Below are positions 22,141 to 30,518 of a DNA stretch of 64,000 bases, in pieces (positions within the stretch are counted from its first letter, which is position 1; each line of letters opens with the position of its first letter). The stretch is from Myxococcales bacterium (GTDB taxonomy: Bacteria > Myxococcota_A > Polyangia > Polyangiales > Houyiibacteriaceae). Under the pieces are notes generated by a model. The model saw nothing but the letters and a program-made list of their open reading frames with translations, did no database searches and had not been told where the DNA came from. The translations under genes and the position numbers were made by a program. The stretch is from assembly GCA_024640845.1 (NCBI GenBank), contig JAHEEE010000006.1, positions 27,357 to 91,356 on the forward strand, in the 5' to 3' direction.

Positions 22141-23568
22141 GTGTCTGATTTCGGCCTCGACGCCTATGTCCTCGGTGGCGACGATTCGGTGGGACACCCG
22201 CATCCGCTGGAGATTGCACGCGATCTGATCGCGGCGGGAAAACCTCGCTCTGCTCTCGAGGTCTTGAGCCTGCACCACGGCCAGCTCGCGGACGATCCCA
22301 AGTACCTGTTGATCTGTTCCGAGGCTTGGTGGGCCACCGGCGACGCGCTGCGTGCGCAACAGGCATTGGTGGGCGCGGCCCGCCTCGTTCCCGACGACCC
22401 CGCACCCTTGCAGCTGCTCGGGGAGCTCCTCCGGGAGTGTGGAGAACGAGAGAAAGCCGAGCGCGTCTTGGCGAAGGCCCGAGCACTCGAGTTGTCAGGC
22501 GCAGTGGGCGAAGATCTACGCGAGTCCGAGCTGCCGGCGGTCGAAGACGATCTCATTGCCTTCGCGGAGCGTCGAGAGCGAAGCAAGCAGGCAGGCTTGA
22601 CGCCCAGACAGATCCTGGGCGCCTTGAGCGGGCTCGCGCTGACCGCAGGCGTCGTGGCGGGCATCGTCGTCCTGACCCAGCCGAGCGAAGAGACAGAGAC
22701 AGCGCCAAGGCCAGAGACAGCGTCAGCCCCAGAGGCAGCGCGAGCGTCAGCGCCAGCCCGAGAGGCAGCGTCAGTGTCAGTGTCAGCGTCAGTGCCAGCC
22801 CCAGCGCCAGCCCCGGCGCCAGAGACAGCGCCGGCGGCAGCGCCCGTGCCCGTGTCAGCGTCAGCGCCCGTATCAGCGCCCGTGTCAGCGCCAGAGACAG
22901 CGCCGGCGGCAGAGCTGGCGCCCGTGCCAGCGCCAGCCTCAGCGTCAGGCCCAGCGTCCGCACCGACGAAAGCGTCTCCGCCTCCGCGGCGGAAGCCCGC
23001 TGCGAAGGTCGCTCCCAAACCCAAGCGTTCGACAGCGGCGCCAGCGCCGGAGGCCGTCCCCGAACCTACGGCTGCCGTCGTGCAGTCCGAGCTTTCGTCT
23101 ATGGAGGCCCCGGGGCTCACGCGGCGCGCGGACCAGCTCTTCGCGCAGGGTCACCCCGCCGTCGCCGCGAGCTACTACCGTCGCGCGCTCGAGCTTGATC
23201 CCGACTACGCGCCGGCGCTGGTCGGGATCGGCCGCGGCATCCTTCGTGCCGAGAAATACGAGGATGCCATGGAGAACGCGACCCGCGCGCTCCAACACGC
23301 GCGAGGCGTCGATGCGAGGCCCGGACTCGAAGCCGAGGCGATCTACCAGATCGCCCGAGTGCACCTCTATCGGGGCGAGCTCGATGCGGCGCGGCGACTT
23401 TTCCGGCAGTCGATCTCGCTCCCCGGCACACCTCCTGCCGCTTGGTTCTATCTGGGCGAGGCGCTTTGGACCGATAATTCCCCTGCGGCTCGCGAAGCCT
23501 ACGAGCGCTACCTCGAGCTCGTTCCCAACGGGCATTTGGCCGATCGGGCTCGTCGGGCGATTCAGTAG
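22141..23568 (+). CDS. Bitopic TPR protein with Ala/Pro/Ser low-complexity linker
   Basis: N-terminal TPR-like helices, one TM segment, an AP/AS repeat linker and C-terminal TPRs (YRRALELDPDYAPA; AYERYLELVP). Start is probably GTG 22141. Confidence 0.8.
   Translation: MSDFGLDAYVLGGDDSVGHPHPLEIARDLIAAGKPRSALEVLSLHHGQLADDPKYLLICSEAWWATGDALRAQQALVGAARLVPDDPAPLQLLGELLRECGEREKAERVLAKARALELSGAVGEDLRESELPAVEDDLIAFAERRERSKQAGLTPRQILGALSGLALTAGVVAGIVVLTQPSEETETAPRPETASAPEAARASAPAREAASVSVSASVPAPAPAPAPETAPAAAPVPVSASAPVSAPVSAPETAPAAELAPVPAPASASGPASAPTKASPPPRRKPAAKVAPKPKRSTAAPAPEAVPEPTAAVVQSELSSMEAPGLTRRADQLFAQGHPAVAASYYRRALELDPDYAPALVGIGRGILRAEKYEDAMENATRALQHARGVDARPGLEAEAIYQIARVHLYRGELDAARRLFRQSISLPGTPPAAWFYLGEALWTDNSPAAREAYERYLELVPNGHLADRARRAIQ
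22693..22965 (+). repeat. Degenerate hexamer tandem-repeat tract inside the TPR gene
   Basis: Runs of cagcgt/cagtgt/cagcgc/cagccc; 22-nt direct repeat ccagagacagcgccggcggcag at 22819 and 22891. Confidence 0.8.
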
Positions 23569-23580
23569 TATGCTCCGCTG

Positions 23581-23898
23581 ATGGCGAAGAAGCAGAACGA
23601 AAGGCGCGAAGCGCGCAAGGAGCGACAGAGGGCCGCCAAGGAAGCTAGGCAGCAGGCCGCCGCCCACGCCAAGCGACGGCGGCAGATGCAGAAGCGGCTC
23701 GCGGGCGGGATCGCGTTGCTCACGCTTGCCTTGGCCGGTGTTTGCTATTGGGTGCTCGACAACCGCCAGCTCATGGGTGTGACCCTGCTGATCGGGGGTG
23801 TGCTGTTCCTCCTGTTTGCGCTCGGAACCCTGGCTTCTGGCGTACCGCCAAGGGACCGTACTCGAGCGGGGTCGATCGACTACGGCAACCGCGACTGA
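23581..23898 (+). CDS. Small membrane protein (basic N-terminus, two TM helices)
   Basis: Fills the gap between genes; two hydrophobic segments. Confidence 0.7.
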   Translation: MAKKQNERREARKERQRAAKEARQQAAAHAKRRRQMQKRLAGGIALLTLALAGVCYWVLDNRQLMGVTLLIGGVLFLLFALGTLASGVPPRDRTRAGSIDYGNRD

Positions 23899-23903
23899 GG
23901 CGT

Positions 23904-24425
23904 TTGGTGGACGACGCACAATCGCAGCGCTGGGAAGCCGCGGAAGAGGGAATGGAGCTCCTCCACGCGGGCGAGCTCGATCGGGCGATCGACGAGCTCC
24001 TTCGGGTCGCCCGTGAGGATCCGAAGAACGAGTACGCATTTCATTTCTTGGGGCACGCGTATTTCGAGAAGGAAGCGTACCCCGAGGCCCTCAAGAGCTA
24101 CGTCGAGGCGCTGACTCTCGCTCCGGAGTATGTGGGCGCGATGCTCGGCGCAGGGCAGACGCTGCGCATGATGGGCGAATACGACCGCGCGATTCGCATG
24201 GGGCAGCGCGTCCTCCAGAAGCGAGAAGACGACGCCGACGCGCTGTTTCTCGTCGGTGCGACGCACTTTCAAAGAGGCGAAAATCAGAGGGCGAAACGCT
24301 ATCTAGAGAGGTTCCTGGAAACGAATCCGGAGCTCGAGGTAGCCCTCGAAGTCGAGGGAATGCTTCAGGTCATTCGCGGCGAGGTCTTGCCTTTTCCCGG
24401 TGCGGAGGACACGGTAGAGAACTGA
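23904..24425 (+). CDS. TPR protein
   Basis: Four TPR-like motifs (e.g. AFHFLGHAYFEKEAYPEAL). Start is TTG 23904 or GTG 23907. Confidence 0.8.
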   Translation: MVDDAQSQRWEAAEEGMELLHAGELDRAIDELLRVAREDPKNEYAFHFLGHAYFEKEAYPEALKSYVEALTLAPEYVGAMLGAGQTLRMMGEYDRAIRMGQRVLQKREDDADALFLVGATHFQRGENQRAKRYLERFLETNPELEVALEVEGMLQVIRGEVLPFPGAEDTVEN

Positions 24426-24437
24426 CAGGAGGCGCCC

Positions 24438-26150
<1,713 letters not shown>

Positions 26151-26260
26151 GTTTAGTCACACCCACCCACCCACCCCCACCACGTAATCCTCCCTCCGCG
26201 GCACTCGCTTCGCTCTGCCTTGGCGGCGCTTCGCGCCGGGCTTCGCCGTTCCGGCTCGCG
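26151..26260 (+). repeat. Partial tandem copy (module A) of the structured intergenic element
   Basis: cccacccccacc.cgtaatcctccctccgcg...cttggcggcgc..cgcgccgggcttcgccgttccggctcgcg recurs at about 26305-26415 and 33266-33375. Confidence 0.85.
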
Positions 26261-26705
26261 GGTTGCTGTGGTGAGGGGGTGGGTTGGGCTGCTTAGGTGG
26301 GTTGGTTTAATAACATCCACCCGCCCACCCCCACCTCGTAATCCTCCCTCCGCGCGCTTCGCTTTGCTCGCGCTTGGCGGCGCATGCGCGCCGGGCTTCG
26401 CCGTTCCGGCTCGCGCTGCCGCGCATGTCTTGGGGCGAGGTCTCTTGCGTGCACACGCTGCCGCAGCCCTTTGGATGCGCAGAGTCGTTCATAAGGGGCT
26501 CGGAAAAACGCGATAGGGGTTGGAGCGGGCGTGCGAAGTGACAATCGGCAGGACAGCAACCACCCCCGATTGGCGCGCCGCACCGAGGGGCGGCGTGCGT
26601 GGCCTGACCTCCCCAGTTCTACGGGCCACCTTTGCAGGCCGCCCCGTCCCGTGAAACCCCTATCGCGTTTTTCCGAGCCCCGTGTGCACCTAGCCGCCCG
26701 GGCGT
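26261..26705 (+). repeat. Structured intergenic repeat element, copy 1 (candidate non-autonomous mobile element or ncRNA)
   Basis: Aligns to 33222-33665 (37 differences over 26391-26705, no gaps). Perfect 27-bp inverted repeat at 26495-26521/26655-26681 with nested hairpins. Confidence 0.9.
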
Positions 26706-26810
26706 GGTGTGCTGGCGTTTGCGTTTACCTAGGAGAATTGGTCGGGATGCGCGGCGCAGCGATGGGGCGGGAGGCCGGTCATCTACCGCTTTGTCGCGAC
26801 GGCCGAGCGG

Positions 26811-26864
26811 GGCACCCCAGCGCGAGCACGTGCGTCGCGACCGAGTCTCCGAGCCCTAGGGGCC
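26811..26864. repeat. Short palindromic REP-like repeat, copy 2
   Basis: 37/46 identical to 4295-4340; overlaps the stop codon of the convergent gene 26856-27290. Confidence 0.6.
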
Positions 26865-27290
26865 GGTCATTCGGAGCCACATGGCTGCGAGCATCGCTGC
26901 GACCATGGCGGCTAGGGCGAGCGTGCCGACGATGTCTTCCATGCGCTTGCGGCGCTTACGGTCGTCCATCCAGCCCGGCGTGGTCGGCTCGCTCTGAGAG
27001 GTTTCCGACGGCAGCGGCGCTGGTGGTGGGATCGGCCGCTGCAGGAGCGGATCGGGTAGGGCTGGGGCGCGGTTGACCACTTCGCTCCACTGCTCTTGGC
27101 GCGCCTCAGGGCTTCGGACAACGTGACTGATGTCGGCTGGGGGCCGCTCGCTATCGCGCGCGACACGCACCAGCTTCGTCGTGTTCTCGCCGCCCTTCTT
27201 TCGGACGTAGCTTGGGCGCCTGCGGGGCTTTCCAGGGAGCTCGAGGTCTTCGTCGGGGCGTGGCACGGGGTTTCCTTCCACCGCCCCCAC
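26856..27290 (-). CDS. Hypothetical protein with C-terminal TM anchor
   Basis: Pro-rich body and a hydrophobic tail after a basic patch; no better ORF here; TATACT upstream. Confidence 0.6.
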   Translation of the reverse strand: MGAVEGNPVPRPDEDLELPGKPRRRPSYVRKKGGENTTKLVRVARDSERPPADISHVVRSPEARQEQWSEVVNRAPALPDPLLQRPIPPPAPLPSETSQSEPTTPGWMDDRKRRKRMEDIVGTLALAAMVAAMLAAMWLRMTGP

Positions 27291-27372
27291 ACGGCTTCTT
27301 TTTGGAGTATACAGCGCAATCGTTCAGTGTCAGCGAGTAGCTCGCGTTTTGGAGAGCGCGATCACAATTTAG

Positions 27373-28086
27373 ATGATGGATTGGTCCGAAGCCGCAGAAG
27401 AGGTTGAGGGCGACCTGAATGGTCGCTTGGTGTTTACGTGTGAGCACGCGTCCAACGCGCTCCCGGAGCCGTGGCGCTGGCCTGAGGCCGATCGATGGCT
27501 GGTCGATACCCATTGGGCGAGCGATATCGGCGCTGCTGCGTTCACCCGGCGCGTTGCGGGCCTGATGAACGCTCCCGCGGTCCTCTCGAAGTTCTCGCGA
27601 TTGCTGATCGACCCCAATCGCCCGCTCGACTCGGACACGCTGTTTCGCCAGAACGCCGATGGGCGCCAAGTGCATTTGAACGAGAACTTGTTGGCGACCG
27701 AGAGACAAGAGCGCATCGATCGTTTGTACGAGCCGTACCATGCGGCTGTGAGCGCGATGGTGAGCAGAAGTCGCGCTGATACTGTATTCGCGATCCACAC
27801 GTTCACGGACGACTATGAGGGCGACAAGCGCTCTCTCGAGCTCGGGGTGCTATTCGACGATGACGAAGAGCCGGCGTACGCCCTGATTCGCCATCTCGAA
27901 GGAGCTGGCTTTCACGTCTTGGCGAACAAGCCTTGGTCCGGCAAGGGCGGGCTTGCGTACTCGCCCGTACGCCACGCCAAGGAGGTCGGCTGTTGCGCCC
28001 TCGAGATCGAGGCCCGCCAGGACCTCATCGTCCAAGAAGCATTCGCGCAGCGGTTGGCGGAAGCGCTCGCCCGCTATTTCACCTAA
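27373..28086 (+). CDS. N-formylglutamate amidohydrolase family protein
   Basis: TCEHASN.LP, H.ASDIGA, SRLLIDPNR, PYH, IHTFT and LEIE.RQDLI. Confidence 0.9.
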   Translation: MMDWSEAAEEVEGDLNGRLVFTCEHASNALPEPWRWPEADRWLVDTHWASDIGAAAFTRRVAGLMNAPAVLSKFSRLLIDPNRPLDSDTLFRQNADGRQVHLNENLLATERQERIDRLYEPYHAAVSAMVSRSRADTVFAIHTFTDDYEGDKRSLELGVLFDDDEEPAYALIRHLEGAGFHVLANKPWSGKGGLAYSPVRHAKEVGCCALEIEARQDLIVQEAFAQRLAEALARYFT

Positions 28087-28096
28087 GCTCCGATCG

Positions 28097-28951
28097 ATGC
28101 ACCTCCTTCGATCCAAACGCACGGGGATCGCGTACCTCTCGAACGAAGCGGAAGACGCCCCGCTCGTCGTGTGCATGCACGGGTTTCCCGACATTCCCCG
28201 CACCTGGGAGCCGCTCACGGAAGCGCTTCGAGACGCGGGCTATCATGTCGTCCGCCCTTGGCTTCCGGGCTATGCGCCGTCTTCGCTCGAGGGCCCGTTC
28301 GACCCGCTCCCGCTGTCGCGCACTCTTCTTTCGTTCATCGAGGAGCTGTCGCCGGACCAACCGGTTCGCATCGTGGGGCACGACTGGGGCTCGGTGACTG
28401 CTCAGTGCGCAATCGCCCAGTGGCCGGAGAGATTTCGTGCGGCCGCGCTGCTGGGGTTCCCGCATTTGTTGGCGTTCGAAGAAAACACCAAGGAGCACCC
28501 GCGTCAGCTTGGGCGGAGCGCGTACATGGGGTTGTTTCAGGTGCCGCTTGTCGCCGAACGGATCATCAAGCTTCGGGACTTCGCGTTCATAGAGCGCCTT
28601 TGGCGCAAGTGGTCACCCGGATTCGACCCGGGCGAGGACTACTTCGACGAGCTCAAGCGTTGCCTGCGATCGAGCATGCCCGCCCCGCTGCAATACTACC
28701 GCGCGCTGCGGTCGCCGAAGATCATCACTGAGGTACGAAATCTCATGTCCGCCGGCCCCATCGTGGTACCGACGATCTATTTGCACGGCGAGCGCGACGG
28801 CTGCGTCGGCCCCGAGATTACGGAAGAGCAAGGTGGTTACTTCAGCGCGCTCTTCGAGCAGCTGATCCTCGCCGATGCCGGTCACTTCGTGCATCTCGAG
28901 CGCCCCCAAGTGGTGAACGAGGCTATCATAAAGTGGTTCGCGGCACATTGA
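28097..28951 (+). CDS. Alpha/beta hydrolase, epoxide-hydrolase-like
   Basis: HGFP, GHDWG, YYRA, HGERDG and AGHFVHLE. Confidence 0.9.
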   Translation: MHLLRSKRTGIAYLSNEAEDAPLVVCMHGFPDIPRTWEPLTEALRDAGYHVVRPWLPGYAPSSLEGPFDPLPLSRTLLSFIEELSPDQPVRIVGHDWGSVTAQCAIAQWPERFRAAALLGFPHLLAFEENTKEHPRQLGRSAYMGLFQVPLVAERIIKLRDFAFIERLWRKWSPGFDPGEDYFDELKRCLRSSMPAPLQYYRALRSPKIITEVRNLMSAGPIVVPTIYLHGERDGCVGPEITEEQGGYFSALFEQLILADAGHFVHLERPQVVNEAIIKWFAAH

Positions 28952-28960
28952 CGCACGCCT

Positions 28961-29004
28961 CCCACGAGCCGTGCGCGATATCGTGAGCCGGAACGGGCGG
29001 GTGG
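28961..29004. repeat. Possible diverged third copy of the short REP-like repeat
   Basis: cacga...tcgtg stem (cgcga...tcgcg in the other copies) followed by ccg..cgg and gtgg; lies between convergent genes. Confidence 0.3.
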
Positions 29005-29014
29005 ACTGAGGAAA

Positions 29015-30445
29015 CTATACGCCCACCAACGGCAACTGCCTTCGCGGCGTTCCGTTGTCCGTCACCGGGATGGGGTACCTCCCGCTGAAGCACGCGCTGC
29101 AGAAGCCCTCTTCTCCGCCCACGGCTCGCTTCAGCCCCTCGAGTGACAGGTAGCCTAGGCTGTCGGCAGTGACGTATTCGTTGACCTCTTCTACCGTGCT
29201 GTGCGCGGCGATCAGCTCTTCGCGGGTCGGGGTGTCGATGCCGTAGAAGCAAGGCCAGCTCGTCGGGGGTGAGCTGATGCGAAGGTGTACCTCTTTGGCG
29301 CCGGCGTCTCGGATCATCTTGACGATTTTGCGGCTCGTCGTGCCCCGCACGATCGAATCGTCGATTACGACGACGCGCTTCCCTTCGAGAAGACTCTGGA
29401 CCGGGTGCAGCTTGAGACGGACGCCGAAATGGCGAATCGATTGCGCTGGCTCGATGAAGGTGCGGCCGACGTAGTGGCTGCGGATGAGACCGAGCTCGAA
29501 GGGGAGCCCAGTGGCCTCCGCGTAGCCGAGGGCGGCGGCGACCCCGCTGTCGGGAACCGGAACGACCAAATCGGCCTCCACCGGTTGGTCTTCGGCCAAG
29601 GCACGCCCCATACGCTTACGTGCGTCGTAGACGCTGATTCCGTCGAACGAAGCGTCGGGGCGAGCGAAGTACACGTACTCGAAGATGCACATGTAGCGTC
29701 GCTTCGGGTCGATTCGAAACGGCCGCAGGCTCTCGAGGCCTGCATCATTGATGACGATCATCTCGCCAGGCTCGATATCGCGAACGTACTTTGCGCCAAT
29801 GAGCTGAAAAGCCGGCGGTTCGGAGGCGACCACAAATCCACCATCGAGCTTGCCGAGACACAGCGGTCGAAAGCCGTACGGGTCGCGAACCGCAATCAGC
29901 TCTTTCGCCGAAAGGAACACGAGCGAGTATGCGCCCTCCACACGGTGGAGTGCGTCGGCCACGCTGTCGACCATGGTCTCTGCTTTCGAACGCGCAATCA
30001 GATGGACGAACACCTCGGTGTCGCTATCCGACGAGAAAATGGAGCCGTCTCGTTCCAGCTCGTGGCGGAGCGCCAAGCCATTGGTGAGATTGCCGTTGTG
30101 CGCCACCGCGATCGAGCCGTGCGAGCAATCGACGGCGAGTGGCTGAGCGTTCTTGATGTGGCTGCCGCCTGCGGTCGTATACCGAACGTGTCCGATGGCG
30201 CTTCGTCCGGGAAGCTTCTCGAGCTGGGACACCGTGAACACGTCTTGTACGAGGCCCATTCCGCGATGGACGAAGAGTTGTTCGCCATTGCTCGAGACGA
30301 TGCCCGCTGCCTCTTGGCCGCGGTGTTGCAACGAATGCAGACCGAGATAGGCCAGGTTCGATGCCTCGGCAGCATCAAACACGCCGAATACCCCGCATTG
30401 ATCATGAAAATGATCGTCGTCCACTGTCGCCACCGGTCCCTGCAT
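29015..30445 (-). CDS. purF: Amidophosphoribosyltransferase
   Basis: Propeptide then CGVFG; [43 protein letters not shown] and C..CF.G (Fe-S type). Confidence 0.97.
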   Translation of the reverse strand: MQGPVATVDDDHFHDQCGVFGVFDAAEASNLAYLGLHSLQHRGQEAAGIVSSNGEQLFVHRGMGLVQDVFTVSQLEKLPGRSAIGHVRYTTAGGSHIKNAQPLAVDCSHGSIAVAHNGNLTNGLALRHELERDGSIFSSDSDTEVFVHLIARSKAETMVDSVADALHRVEGAYSLVFLSAKELIAVRDPYGFRPLCLGKLDGGFVVASEPPAFQLIGAKYVRDIEPGEMIVINDAGLESLRPFRIDPKRRYMCIFEYVYFARPDASFDGISVYDARKRMGRALAEDQPVEADLVVPVPDSGVAAALGYAEATGLPFELGLIRSHYVGRTFIEPAQSIRHFGVRLKLHPVQSLLEGKRVVVIDDSIVRGTTSRKIVKMIRDAGAKEVHLRISSPPTSWPCFYGIDTPTREELIAAHSTVEEVNEYVTADSLGYLSLEGLKRAVGGEEGFCSACFSGRYPIPVTDNGTPRRQLPLVGV

Positions 30446-30518
30446 AGCGCTGCGCCCCTCCCACGTCCATCGCCCCTGTGGACCCCCTCGAAGGCTGCGC
30501 TAGAACCATCGGAACGGG

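Noticed and set aside
22164-23120. Overlapping ORFs in several frames and a possible CRISPR-like array
   Set aside because: These arise from stop-poor hexamer repeats. There is no constant repeat with unique spacers and no cas gene.
26531-26681. Group II intron fragment (GTGCG at 26531; gagccg..gtgaaa at 33601)
   Set aside because: No domain V hairpin can be formed, the gagccg is absent from copy 1, and there is no reverse transcriptase ORF.
26293-27076. ORFs 26293-26583 (-), 26531-27076 (+) and their counterparts in copy 2
   Set aside because: They are similar only because the DNA is repeated. Substitutions come in adjacent or base-paired sets rather than at third codon positions, ORF lengths differ, and no protein motifs are recognisable.
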